From assembly GCF_006345805.1 (NCBI RefSeq), contig NC_043013.1:36208001-36272000 (forward strand): a stretch of 64,000 nt of DNA. Direction: 5' to 3'. Source of the DNA: Octopus sinensis (Eukaryota). A model generated the notes under the pieces. That model was not told where the DNA came from. It saw only the letters and a program-made list of their open reading frames with translations, and did no database searches. The position numbers and the translations under genes were made by a program. Positions 38,979 through 52,720 of the stretch are shown here, in pieces; positions within the stretch are counted from its first letter, which is position 1, and each line of letters starts with the position of its first letter.

Positions 38979-40414
38979 GTGTATTTATATAGTTTTGTGT
39001 TCTGAGGCACTTTGGTGTCTTGGTTAATGTCCTGATGCAATTTTGGTTACTGATGCTCTTTAGGATCCTGATGCAGTTCAGTATCCTGGTGTACCCTAAG
39101 GTCTTGTTGCACTTTAGTCACCTGATATAGTTTAGAGTCCTGATGCTCTTCAAAATCGTAAATATTTGTATTCAACGTAGGTAACAAGACAAATGTAAAA
39201 CACACTGCAGAATTATGGATTGAGCAATACTACCACTGCTGCTGGATCCTGTGTTTTATATGCCTGTAAGAGATGCTTTCTCAGGAAGAATACCACAGTT
39301 TAGAATGCATTCAACAGCATGTATGCTTTATGTATGATATACAGACTTCTAATTTGAACTAATAATTCTTTGACGCTAATAACATGCTATAATGTTCACA
39401 GCAAAACAATCAATGATGATAGAGTTTAGTCGTGAGTTGTGCAGATTGAGTGTATAATAGTATTACCCAAATAAATACTTGGAATTGCTTATCTAGAATA
39501 ACCTTTTGCAGAATTAATATGTTCACACAGAACATAGTCCATACTACACCAAATGTAGTTAAGATATTAAACTAACACAGTAACTAACAGGAATGATTAA
39601 CACTGTCAACTACTGACAGTTCAATTTCTTTATTTTATTGAAATTCGTTTGTCCACTTTCAGTCACGTGGGGTGGGGGTGAAGGAACACCAAATAAAAAA
39701 TGCACACCTTTCACATAGACCATTACATTTAAAAAGCAATAGGGAAATTTAAAACTCAAAAGTCTCAGGGTTAGACAAATATGTTAACAAATGCTCTAAA
39801 GTTGTAGGTCCTGATGGAATCGTGGTCTTCCTAATTGTACCAATGCAGAAAAATTCCATATATACAAAAATTACACAACAAAGCTTCAAAAAATAAAACA
39901 AAAACCTGTCTTGCGAGTTACTAGTCAGATTACTAATTCTGAACAACATTACAACATTACAAGAATAACATTTTTGAAAGTTGTACTTTTCCAAAAGGCG
40001 TTCCATAGGTATATAGTAAAACGTATAATAGCATTTCTATAAGTAGCTTTTTGACTAGATATTCAGAGCCTTTATATGTTAAGTGATGCGGTGATTGAAG
40101 ATTGTGATGCTCAAGTCTTTAACACAGTCATTAACAGTAAAAATGATAGGAAACGGCATCTATCCAGCAGATAAACCAGGTTGGTTGCAATGTGTAATAA
40201 GGTATTTCTCAGTTAGACACAAAGGGCACAGTTTGGTTAATAACCTACCTGCAAATGCATCAGCCAACAAGGAAGCTTTTTGCATCACGTAGTCAGATAA
40301 GCAATGAAAAATAGAAGCTGAAATTATTTTGTACCACACACTATGATCTTAAAAAGGAAGGACATAGCTGCAAAAATACCTTTGACCAAAGGGTCACTAC
40401 TGCTGCTGCTGTTG

Positions 40415-40446
<32 letters not shown>

Positions 40447-41213
40447 GCTGTTGCAGTAAATAGCTGTTTCAGTTTACTATCCATTAAACAAAACAATACA
40501 AATATTGTATGAACAAAGACACAAAACAATCAAGAAATACAAGGAAAACAGCAAACAAAAAGTAATGAATTAAAAAAAAAGAAAATCGTTTTGTTAATCA
40601 CGTCAGCAACTACTTAATTAGTTGCAACACACTGATGAAGGTTAGCACTTGTGATACAGCTGCAATGTCCGTTGTCATGGTTACTGTTTCTCAATTTAGT
40701 TTTGGCAACATACATGGACAATAGTTAAGTATGTGTGTATATGTGTGTAAGTATAGTAAGTTTGTGTGGGTGTTTGCATTCATACAAATTATATATATAT
40801 ATATACACACATACACACACTTAAATGTAAGTAGGCATATACATATGCATACATACACACATGTAACTTTGCATGTATCTGGTGTACATGTTCATCTATC
40901 TACCTATCTGTATGTCTGTCTGTCTATGTATCTATCTATTTACAAGCTTGTATGTATACATATACATCACACACATGTATACATACGTGCACATGTATAT
41001 ATATATACACCCACATACACATGTAATATATCACATGTATGTATGTATGTATGCATGAATGTATGTACGTATGTACAAATACGAAGTAGAAAGTATTCAA
41101 TGCAAAGAATTAATGATGCAACAACAATTAAAACAGATCTAATTCACCATTTCTCTGTTTTTCACTACATACATACATACATATACATACACACACACAC
41201 ACACACTCATATA

Positions 41214-41242
<29 letters not shown>

Positions 41243-41244
<2 letters not shown>

Positions 41245-41518
41245 CAGGTCATTAAGAATAAAATGCCCAATTTTGAACTGAAAGTTTATTTTACTTTATC
41301 TCAACAAAAAACAATGCAGTTAATCAAAGTTAGCATTTAAATTATCCACACAAATTTGCCATTTTCTTGGTAGCTTATTTATGCCAGAAGTGAAGAATTC
41401 TGGAGAGCAAGAGGTGATGAAATCATAAAATGTTGTTTTGCATTTTCTTCAGATTTAAAGTTTTTCCCTTGCAACGTCGTCTAATGCCTGGAAAACGTGA
41501 GAGTCAGTTGGAGCACGG
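41243..41518 (-). mobile_element. Mariner 3' fragment (transposase C-terminus plus right TIR)
   Basis: Minus strand APTDSHVFQALDD..F(K)SEENAK..DFITSCSPEFFTSGINKLPRKWQICVD..FD* (stop 41320-41322); end TA|TCAGGTC in (TA)n. Confidence 0.85.
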
Positions 41519-42301
41519 TATGATGAATATGGTGGATGACAGCACTCGTTTTATAAACCCTTATTCTAACGAAAGGAGGGAAAGCAGTGTCCATAGCTCC
41601 TTACAAGGCCTCCGAGGCTATAGGGAGAAAAATATCCTGAAACCAGAAGACTCGCATGAATGTCTGCAACAGAGGGGACTCACCTGAAGGTACTCAAGGA
41701 TCCAAATAATAGAGTAAAACAGACAGATTAAGTCTATCACCCGAGTTGGCCCTTGCAGGATTTGAACTCAAAATGCAAAAAGCCAGAACAAATAACACAA
41801 CTGATCCAATCAAACGACGGTCTTACAATTCTGCCAATCCACTGCATCGAAGTGGTATTTTTTTATCGGCCCCATAAAGATGAAAGTAAAGTTAATCTTG
41901 GCGAGATTTGAACTCATATACACAGTGGACACAAATTGAATAAACATATAAAAATTAATGATGCCCCTCATCTCCTATGAGAACACATCATCTCAACAAT
42001 GGTTTCGAAATTTGGCAAAGGACTAGGAATTTTAGGGAAAGGGGCAAGTCGATAACTCAAACTCCAGTGCAAAACAGGTTCTTATTTTATTGACTTCAAA
42101 AAGATGAAACCTCGGTGGAGTTTGAACTCAGAACGTTAAGATCTGGAGAAAATGCCACTAAGGCTATCAATTTTGCCAGCTTGCTGGCTTCAATGTCATT
42201 TCAATAATAGAACTGAGCTAAATATGTCCAGGAACGAAAATACAAAGATAACCAAGGAAAATAACTCAAGTGCCCAATGCAAATTGATAAGGGAATTTAA
42301 C

Positions 42302-42529
42302 TTAACCCTTTCGTTACTAACCCAGCTGAAACTGGCTCTGGCTCTGAGTACAAATGTTTTGTTTACATAAGTTTTGAACTAAAATCTTCCACCAGACCTT
42401 AGTCAAAATTTATGTTCCTAACACTAGTTGAATGATAACTAAGTTATTTTACTAAATTCTTTGTTATATTTAAAGTAATTGAAAGAAACACTGAGCATCT
42501 CAACAGAAATACAGTAACAAAAGGGTTAA
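42302..42529. mobile_element. piggyBac-type MITE
   Basis: TTAA|CCCTTTCGTTAC ... GTAACAAAAGGG|TTAA. Confidence 0.85.
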
Positions 42530-42534
42530 GCAGC

Positions 42535-42579
<45 letters not shown>

Positions 42580-43095
42580 AGTAATGATAATAAATGAATG
42601 ATAGTTTGAAGAACCCTTAAGAGAAACATATTGCTACTGATAATGTCAGGGCTTATGAAGAAAGGAGTTTAACAAAACAATTAATTAATTAATTGATTAA
42701 TTATTGCTGTTATTCTCGGTAGAAAGCGTAACGATAACTGTTTCATCTCCTAAATTGCCACAATATCTGTTTCCATATCAAGAATCTGGCAAAATAAATA
42801 CGACACAAAAAAAATGAAATTAATTTTAATTTTGATTTTTGAAATTACGAAAGGACTTTGATAAAACAATTAATTGATTAATTAACTAATTAGCTAATTA
42901 ATCGATGATCATACCGAAGTGAAATACAATCCTGTGTGTGGGACTTTCCTAGCAGCATGACCCTCCCAAAACTGAACCATGTCTGTTTCAACACTGGATT
43001 TCATTATGAAGTTTCTTGCAAAACAACAAGAACAAGAACAAGAACAACAACAACAACAACAACAACAAAAATGGTGGTGGTGGTGGTGGTGATGG

Positions 43096-43177
<82 letters not shown>

Positions 43178-43449
43178 CTTTCCTACTCTAGGCACAAGGC
43201 CTGAAATTTTTGGGGAGGGTAGTTGATTAGATCAATTCCAATATGCAACTGGTACTTAATTTATTGACCCCGAAAGGATGAAAGGCAAAATTGACCTCGG
43301 CGGAATTTGAACTCAGAACGTAACGACAGACAAAATACCACTAAGCATTTCACCCAGTGTGCTAACAATTCTACCAGTTCTTCATTTCTCTTTGTGATTG
43401 CCATGGTTCCATTGTTGCTGATCTTACGAGAGACACATTTTGGCAAGCA

Positions 43450-44830
43450 GAGGCCCTAAGATCTACTTCCCATGAATGATCTGAAGCTCTTTGGTAAGAA
43501 TGAATGAGAAGCTAATTCTATGGCCGGAACTGTTCACTCTTGCTGTAAAGACATTGGAACAGAGTTTGATATCGCAAAGTGTGTTGTCTCTTCCTAGTCA
43601 GGACAACACACTTTGCGATATCAAACTCTGTTCCCCTGGCTAGGAAGAGACGTAGATGTGTGTGTAATAGTGGGATTGACTTACCTAATGAAGAGTTAAT
43701 TGATGAACTTGACAATAGTAGGTACAAATATCATGGCATTTTGGAGCTGGACAAAGTTGTAAATGAAAGGAAATATGAAGGAAGTCTTTTTGCCTTAGAG
43801 TTAATGTTGGAAACGAAATTGATTGGGAAGAATTTGATTAATGCTATTGAAGTCTTGGCTGTAATGATTATCAGGTGTAGTGCAGTTATTTTGAATTGGT
43901 CTAATAAAGAGATTGAGAATTTGGAGAGGTTGACATGAAAGAAAATGGTTGACAATGGTGTGTAGTGTCCAAAGTCAAATTTTTAAAATCTCTGCTGAAT
44001 GAAGGTAGATAAGGGTTTTTAAGTGTGAAAAATTACGTAGCTAGTCGTTATATTTGTATTTCAGAAGAGGATGTTGTTAAAAGGTGAGGTTTATGAATTG
44101 GAACATTTGAAGGTAAAGAAAATTTAAATCAGAGTCTGCTAGCTGAGAAACTGAGCACACAAGAAAGGATGTGAAATTAATTGGTCAGTTTGAAAGAAAA
44201 AGGAAGGAAGTAAAAACAGCCTCTCCATAGAATTGGTTGACAAAAGTGAGAGTGTGTTGGTGGCTCCTCAGGATCAAGTACCTAACTCACACCTGAGGTT
44301 ATGTGGGAAGAAGGTGGAAAGTGTGACGCACATTAGGAGTTCCCGTGATAAGCTTGTGCAGAGAGAATACAAAAGGCATCACGATAAAGTGTGCTTACAC
44401 CACCACTGGCCTTTATGCAAAAAATAAGCGTTTCCAACTACTGAGAAATGGTATCAGCAGAAACCAAAGAAAATTCTAGAAAATTATACCATGAAACTCT
44501 TGTGGGACTTTGCAATCTGGATAGATAGAGTTCTTGAACATACAAGGGTGGACATAACTTTAGAGAAGAAAGGTACTATAAAGAGATGTTTGTCGATCGA
44601 TGTAGCTAAAGAAAATCATAAAATACACAGATCTGAGCATAGATGTTGAGAGAATGGTGGAATATGAGAGGAAGAGTGATACCAATTGTGATTGGAGGGC
44701 TTGGGACGGTGACGAAAAGTCTTCAAAAACAACTTGACGCAATTGGAATCTGTCCCAGAATTACGACATTGCAAAAGACAATACTTTTAGTGAATGGCAT
44801 GCATCCTACAGAGAGTATTGTCTATCTGAG
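43450..44830 (+). pseudogene. R4/Dong-clade non-LTR retrotransposon, old (RT C-terminus, CCHC zinc knuckle, RLE)
   Basis: MNDLKLFGKNE..DIGTEFDIAKC..YKYHGILE..KLIGKNLINAI..ILNWS..LCGKKVESVTHI..REYKRHHDKV..LLWDF..VIPIVIGGLGTVTKSL; many stops and frameshifts. Confidence 0.88.
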
Positions 44831-44954
44831 GTTACATAACTTAAGAAGGAGTCAGTTAAACGATCCAATGTTAACAAGATCATCACTGCGCAAATGAAAT
44901 AATGACAATAATGATAACAATAATAATAATAATAATTATAATAGTAATAATAAT

Positions 44955-45068
44955 AATACGCAGAACACTTTCAATACAGTAACCATCAGAGCATCACAAC
45001 AAATCACAGCACATACCCAAGGCACACAGAGCTGTGCTCAGTAGTGAAGTAAAAGCACGCTATAAAAA
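44955..45068 (+). mobile_element. 3' end of the younger R4/Dong family
   Basis: CGCAGAACACTTTC..ACCATCAGAGCATCACAACAAATCACAGCAC..AAAGCACGCTATAAAAA matches 47893-48012; preceded by (AAT)n. Confidence 0.85.
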
Positions 45069-45070
45069 AT

Positions 45071-45635
45071 GATCTGCCCTGATACAGTACCAGGCAGTGG
45101 CTCTCATGGCTTCTGATCTTAATTGATTGGAAGTGTTATTATGTACATTGATTTGTCTTGGTATAAAAGATGGGCTACAGCAAATATTCTGCTCAATACC
45201 ACAGATTTGCTTGTCAGTTGTTTGACCTTAACCAGTTGAGAATGTCCCTTAGTGGCTGACGATATGTGCATTTCTGATCACAAGCAGAAGTAGTGGGAGA
45301 GCATCATAGCCATGTGTTGAGAGGGGTTCTTTGGGTTTGAATAATTCACCTCTGGAAGCATGGGTGTTTTGTTCAACATCCTTAAACAATCTTTATTCAG
45401 GGACCTTTTGAGCGGGATGGGTTAGTCAACCAGAAATAAATTCTAACTGGGCTCCACCTGCAAGGTCATGTGCTATTTATCTTGATATGAGATCACCATG
45501 TCACGCACATATGGTTGTGATGCATGTGTCTAGTGTACCCTTATCAGACAGGTAGTCATGATGGGTATATTGGGCTTCGTATATTTTACACCAGTGTCAC
45601 TTTGATGGCATGCACTGCTCTCTCACTCAATAATA
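45071..45635 (+). mobile_element. ~560-bp non-coding interspersed repeat with (AAT)n tail, copy 1
   Basis: Aligns end to end with 61404-61950. Confidence 0.85.
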
Positions 45636-45915
45636 ATAATAATAATCACAAACATCATCATCATTTGCATCAACATCATCATCATTGTCATCATCCTTCT
45701 CATCATCATCATTATTGTCATCATCGTTGCTGTCATCATCATTGTTGTCGTTGTCATCATCATCAGCATCATCATCCTCATCAGTGACATTACAAACACA
45801 ATTCTTTTTCACACCAGCAAACAAGGTCAGAAATTTTGAGATAAGATTACATCACGATGATTGTATCGACCCTGGTACGTGACTGGTACATTACTTTTAT
45901 TAACTGCTCCCCACA

Positions 45916-45946
<31 letters not shown>

Positions 45947-46199
45947 CCAAATAAAATTCAAAGTTGGCTCCAGCAGGTTTTGTACTCAGAACATAAAAAA
46001 CCGGAAGGAATCCCACAAAGCATTTTGTTCGATGCTCTTCCGATTCTATGACTCCATCATTTTTACTCTTCGTAATCATAATAACGAGCGCATCCAAAAT
46101 CGTCTGCATGAACCACTTTCTCATTCTCCTCCCCATCATCATTATTAGTGCCACCATTGCCGTTGCCGCTGTCACACAACTACTACTACAACGACGACC

Positions 46200-46925
46200 A
46201 TTTCTCCTCTTACCATCACTGCCAACACCACTACCATGATGGTGACTTCAACGACAATGACCACCACCGTCGAAATTACAACAGCAGTAATCCCCTACCT
46301 TAATATATGATGGCTGCGATGACAATGATGATGGTGATGACAATGACAACGATGACGATGATGATGAGGAGGAAGAAGATAGAGACAATGATAATGATGA
46401 GGACGAGGATGATGAGAGGACAATGATGGCAATGATGATGACAGGGATGGTGATTATGACCATGTCGTAAAAGATGGTGATGATGATTGCTATGATGACG
46501 ACGATGACAACGATGCTATTAATGGCAACAATGCAGCTGCTGCTGCACATGATGATGATGATGATGATGGTGATGACGATATGATGGCTACAATGATGAT
46601 GGCATGCTGATGAACGTAGCAAGATGAGGTTGATGATGATGAAGATTTGGTAAGGAGGAGGAGGTGAGGGGATAAAATTGCTGCTATCACCATCATCATC
46701 ACCATCGTTACCACCAGCACCACTACCACTACCACCACCACCACCTCCTCCAGCAGCCCATTAAGTCATCACTGCCTTGGGGCCATTTAAATTCATTTCC
46801 ATATTGTTAGTCTTCCTCCAAGTGAAACAAACTAATTATATCCAGAGACAAAGCAAAATACAGAAATAAAAAAAAAATGAACTTAAGACAGCAATGACAA
46901 AGATTATAATGACGACGATGATGAC

Positions 46926-46985
<60 letters not shown>

Positions 46986-47157
46986 GGTGGTGGTGGTGGT
47001 GGTGATGAAGATGATGTTGATGATGATGATGATGATGATGAAGAGGAGGAGGAGGAGGAGGAGGAAAAGGAGGAGGAGCAAAAAGAAGGATGATTACACA
47101 AGATGATTTTTTTATGCTGTTACAAGATCAAATGATATTATGATGATGACGATGATA

Positions 47158-47204
<47 letters not shown>

Positions 47205-47205
47205 C
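46200..47205. repeat. Degenerate (GAT/GGT/GAG)n low-complexity field
   Basis: Direct inspection; similar fields at 50270-50600, 45640-45785 and 30790-30880. Confidence 0.9.
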
Positions 47206-47399
47206 GTTGCTATTATAAGCATGAGGTCTGAAATTTTTGAAGTATTTGACTGGTACTTATTTTCTCAACTCCAGAAAGATGAAAGGCAAAGCCGACCTCG
47301 GTAGAATTTGAACTCAGAAAGGGAAGTCAGGTGGAATGCATTTCACCCGACATGTTGACGATTCTGTCAGCTCGCTGCCTTAAGAATAATAATAATAAC

Positions 47400-47446
<47 letters not shown>

Positions 47447-47448
<2 letters not shown>

Positions 47449-48023
47449 TGACAGAGTTGGAACCTACATACATTGGAAGCTATGCCAACATTATGGAATA
47501 ACAACAGAAAAAAGATGGTATAGGCACACACCAGAAAAGGTCACAGAAACAAGAAAGCAACCATACTCTGGGATATGCCGATACACACAGATAGAGAAAT
47601 TAAGACCAACAGACCAGATATAGTTGTCAGAGATCATGAAGAAAAAAAATGCTTTCTAATTGATGTATCAATACCGGCAGATGACAACGTGTCTCTAAAA
47701 GAAATGGAGAAACTCTCAAAATACAAAGACCTGGAAATAGAGGTAACTAGAATGTGGAATCTGAAAACAGAAACAATTCCTATCATAGTAGGTGCATTAG
47801 GCATGATAAAAAAATATTCAGACAAATACATAACAAAAACACCAGGACTTACAAACACATAAACATACAGAAAATTGCACTACTAGGCACTGCACACATC
47901 CTACGCAGAACACTTTCCATATAATAACCATCAGAGCATCACAACAAATCACAGCACACCCAAGGCACACAGAGCTGCGCTCGGTAGTGAAGTGAAAGCA
48001 CGCTATAAAAATAAAACTACTGA
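47447..48023 (+). mobile_element. R4/Dong-clade LINE, young 5'-truncated copy inserted in (AAT)n
   Basis: HDRVGTYIHWKLCQHYG..ATILWDMPIHTDREIKTNRPDIVVRD..KCFLIDVSIP..KLSKYKDLEIEV.RMW..IPIIVGALG..IQKIALLGTAHILRRTLSI*; (AAT)n on both flanks; only 1-bp frameshifts. Confidence 0.93.
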
Positions 48024-48053
48024 ATAATAATAACAACAACAATAATAATGATG

Positions 48054-48097
<44 letters not shown>

Positions 48098-48179
48098 TAT
48101 AATTATAATAATAATAATATAATAATAATGATAATTATAATATAATAGTAATAGTAATAATAATACTAATAATAATAAT

Positions 48180-48239
<60 letters not shown>

Positions 48240-49193
48240 CCTTTCTTGTGCCTATGCACAAGGCCTGAAATATGTTTGGGGTAGGGTCAGTCAATTACAT
48301 CAACTCCAGTATGCAACTGATACTTAATTTATCGACCCCTAAAGGATGAAAGGCAAAGTCGACCTCAGCAAAATTTGAACTCAGAACAATAAGAGCTGGA
48401 AGAAATACTGCTAAGCATTTTATTCGACATGCTTAATGATTCTGCCAGCACGACCCCGAGACAAAACCAATAATAACTATAATTTTCTCTAATCTTGGAA
48501 TAAAACCAGCAATCGACCAGGTCAATAATCTCGACCCCAGTACTTCACTGATATTTTATTTTATCATCCCAACTGAGCGAAAAGTGAAGTTGTCCTATTT
48601 GGAATTTGATGTCAAAACTTAAAGCCTTTTAAAGAAATCCCGCCGCTGCAAAACATTAATTTTCTTCTCCACTTCACTCCACAGACATCTGCCATTGACT
48701 GTGGATGTCTGGCTTTTGTTTGATGCACAAAATATTTCTAGGTTTTCGCGCTTTCAGTAAATGTTATATATCAAATGTTTTCCAGCCAAAGAGACCACAA
48801 ACAAATGAATCTCATTATTGTTCATGTTTATATCTATAATGATATGAAAATACGGTGATGTTACTGCTGTTGACAGATTTCTACTCTGTGTGGTTAAAAT
48901 GTCTGTGTTTTCTTTTCATAATTGTTGTTAATATTTTGCATTGCAATTAAATTAGCATTGTTTATAGTTTGCTTGGTTTTCTTTTCAGGAATGGTGTGAA
49001 ATATTCACGACCTTTTTTACATTTGTCAAAGGTGTGAGAGGGAAAAAAAAGTTTTTTTGGCCAAAACTAAACAAAACCATGGTTTTCTTTTCTCTTGTAA
49101 ACAGAGACTCCAAAGCGCTTAGAGTAATTTCCATCTAGTAAATTCTTGCTTCATAAAGCACCTTATATAAATACGCCCACTTTGCCAGTGGAA

Positions 49194-49243
<50 letters not shown>

Positions 49244-49309
49244 TAATAATGATAATTTTTTTTACTATAGGCACAAGGCCTGAAACTTGGGAGAAAGGGG
49301 GCCATCTGA

Positions 49310-50195
49310 TATACGAAGGGCTCTAGAAATCATTGAGGAACCACACCGTTCAAGATCTCCCTGAACAAGTACCTTCTCCATTTCTTTTTCTCCGACTCGC
49401 AGGTCTACACTTAGAGAGATACCATACACTCTTGCCATTTTTGCACCTTTCACCCACCTTTCAATAAATTTCCTCAAGGGCAGCACCTCCTTTTCCACTT
49501 TCACTTTCGTTTTCAAGTTGGTGAGGGCTATACCAAAGAGGAATATCTCTATCCTCGATTCTTTCAACCTTGCGCACCTAATAACCTTGTTCTCCACATC
49601 CATTAGGCACAGGAGAACTACATTACCTGCCCGATTAAAGTGGGGTGGTGATACAATAATCACTATTAACTCGGTCACTAGACAGATCTCCCTCACAGGT
49701 GACAGCAGCTGTTCAACATAACCCCACAAATCAAAAAAAATCTGGACACTGAACGAGTGCATGCAGAATGGTTTCGTCACACTGCCCATATGTCGGACAA
49801 ACCTGTCTGACAGTAAATCCATGCCTGTAGAGTTTATTTCGAACCGGTAGTGTCCCCCACCCGGAAGCATTGCTAGGCCAAGGACATCTGGAAATTATCC
49901 ATGGTAGTTCCTGACCGGAATGTCCTCCGGAACAGACTAGCCTGTCCCTTTCTTTTGACACTCAGAGTCTCCTCAAGGACATCGTTGCACTTCCCATCAA
50001 TAATCCTTTTTAAATAGCAAAAGTGGAACATCCACTGATCCTATTGCTCGACTGGTAGATGGCTGTGAACGTCTGATGACATGCTTGGTGCCCGGGCGTC
50101 CAGTCTCGGTTTTCCTTCACCCAGGACAGTTGCTCTGTCAAGGAGACGAACTGCAGAAAGACGTGCCTCACGAGTGGAGCCTACACACGTCCACT
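49310..50195 (-). pseudogene. Tx1/L1-clade LINE ORF2 C-terminal fragment
   Basis: GTLPVRNKLYRHG..VCPTYGQCDETILHALVQCP (zinc knuckle) then DLWGYVEQLLS..KVKVEKEVL..KFIERWVK across a frameshift. Confidence 0.8.
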
Positions 50196-50423
50196 GTCCA
50201 GAAATTGTTGCCCCAACAACACCAACAATGAAAAAACAACAACAACAATAATCAACATTCTCGTCACTATTATCTTAATCAATGCTATTATCAGTCATAA
50301 TCATCACCATCATCATCACCATCATTATCACCATCATTCCCGTTGTCGTCATCTTCATCACCATCACCATCACCATCATCATCATCATCATCACCATCAC
50401 CATAACCATCATCATCATCATTG

Positions 50424-50454
<31 letters not shown>

Positions 50455-50895
50455 TATCGACATCGTCGTTGTCATCATTATCATCCTCGTCATATCATCA
50501 TCATCATCATCATCGTCTCCATCACCGTCAACACCATTATCAATGTCTCGTCATTGTCATCATCGCAATAATCATCTTCACCATCGTTCACATGACAGCA
50601 CAATCATTTAACAAGGAAATGGCCTTCACCTTTCATTATTTGCACTGTTTATCACCACTCCTCCTCTTCCTCACCTTCTCCCACCATTCACACCCTCCCC
50701 TCCGTTCCTTCTCCCCCCCTCTCTCTGTATCAATGCCCATTAGAATGTCGGTTATCTCAGCAAATTATCTGATACAAATCACAGCTAATTAGAAACTTAA
50801 CAGTAATTAATTAGAAATTGGCAACAGAGATTATGTGGAAATGTTAAGTTGCCAAGGAACAGTTAGCTAACAGCCAATCATCGCACAACAATGCA

Positions 50896-50936
<41 letters not shown>

Positions 50937-50970
50937 TACACATACACTCACATACACACACACACACAAT

Positions 50971-51014
<44 letters not shown>

Positions 51015-51131
51015 TACTTGCACTCACACACATGCATATTATACAAAGAGTTCATGGTTAAATAAGCACTATCATTAATATCTAAGTGTCATATAGTGTT
51101 AGTGTATCTATATGTCTATCCTTAGCTGTGC

Positions 51132-51164
<33 letters not shown>

Positions 51165-51570
51165 TGTATGTATGTATGTATGTATGCATGTATGTATGTA
51201 TGCATGTATGTATGTATGTATGTATGTATGTATGTATGTATGTATGTATGTATCTATATCTGTCTATCTGTCTCTCTGGCTATCTGTCTGCCTATCTAAT
51301 CTATAAAGCTAAACACTTGAAAACTCCGTTATTCTTCGTGAGAAAGCATCTCGTATAGAAGTATAGTAATGAAAAATATAGAAGCATAACATTAGCAGAT
51401 GACAAGCGTCCTGTAGTGGTGGTCGTAGTGCTAAACATGTATTTCTGCTTACTTGAGAGTCGTCAGTAGCAAATGTCTAATTCTATGCTGAGACAAATTT
51501 AGCCTCTGCTGATACAGGAAAACAGCAATTGAAAAATCGCTGCTGCTGTTTCAATTGACCAAAATATACA

Positions 51571-51603
<33 letters not shown>

Positions 51604-51637
51604 GTGTATGTATGTGAGTGTGTGTGTAAGTATGTGA

Positions 51638-51960
51638 GGGTGCATGGCTTAGTGGTTAGGGCATTCAGCTCATGATCATCAGGTTGTGAGTTCAATTCCC
51701 AACGACATGTTGTGTCCTTGAGCAAGACACTTTATTTTTCACGTTGCTCCAGTCCATTCAGATGGTAAAAATGAGTAGTACCTGTATTTCAAAAGGGCCA
51801 GCCTTGTCACACTGTGTGTGTCACGCTGACTCTCCTTAAAAACTACGTTAAGGGTACACGTATCTGTGGAATGCTCAGCTACCTGTACGTTAATTCCATG
51901 AGCAAGCTGTTCTGTTGATCGTATAAGCTGGGATCCTCGTTGTCATAACCGAAGGAGTGC
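51638..51960 (+). mobile_element. SINE family C (tRNA head plus CORE-like domain), full length
   Basis: TGGCTTAGTGG (A box)..GAGTTCAATTCC (B box)..GTGTCCTTGAGCAAGACACTT (CORE-like)..; minus copies at 53905-54228 and ~59215-59355. Confidence 0.85.
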
Positions 51961-52329
51961 TCCTACCTATGTAAGTATGTGTGTACATATATACATATAT
52001 TCCTCATCATCATCAACATCATCATCGATTAACGTCCACTTTCCATACTGGCATGGGTCAGACGATTTGACTGAGGGCTGGGGAACCAGAAGGCTGCATC
52101 AGGCTTCAATCTGATCTGGCAAAGTTTCTACAATATATATATTGGCAGAACCGTTAGCACGCTGGGCGAAATGCGTTGCCGTATTTCGTCTGTCGTTACG
52201 TTCTGAGTTCAAATTCCGCCGAGTTCGACTTTGCCTTTCATCCTTTTGGACTGGGGTCAATGTAAACGACTTAATCCTTTTGTCTGTCCTTGTTTGTCCC
52301 CTCTATGTTTAGCCCCTTGTGGGCAGTAA

Positions 52330-52356
52330 AGAAATATATATATATTATATTTATAC

Positions 52357-52423
<67 letters not shown>

Positions 52424-52647
52424 ATATATATACACAAAATATATATATACATGATATATGTGTGTGCTTGTACATAGACCCACACACACATATATATACA
52501 TATATATATAATATATATACAATATATATATATACATATATATACAATATATATATATACATATATATATATATCTATATATATATATATATACAATATA
52601 TATTTATATATATACAATATATATATATATACAATATATATATATAT

Positions 52648-52689
<42 letters not shown>

Positions 52690-52720
52690 ATATATATATA
52701 TACGTGTATATACATACCGA
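52330..52720. repeat. Interrupted (AT)n field
   Basis: Direct inspection; similar fields at 57040-57590 and 63170-63300. Confidence 0.95.

Larger units (their letters stand above)
31925..39145. repeat. Satellite array, 26-bp basic monomer GGACC(C/A)TAGGACACTAAA(C/G)TGCATCT, mixed orientation
   Basis: Monomer recurs throughout; degenerate 31925-35617, homogeneous 35618-38978, degenerate tail to ~39145. Confidence 0.97.

Noticed and set aside
38331-39040. ORFs with 12-aa repeats (CIRTLRCIRTLK / LIHLRVLMHFSV)
   Set aside because: By-product of a 36-bp satellite unit; open on both strands with no unique N- or C-terminal domain.
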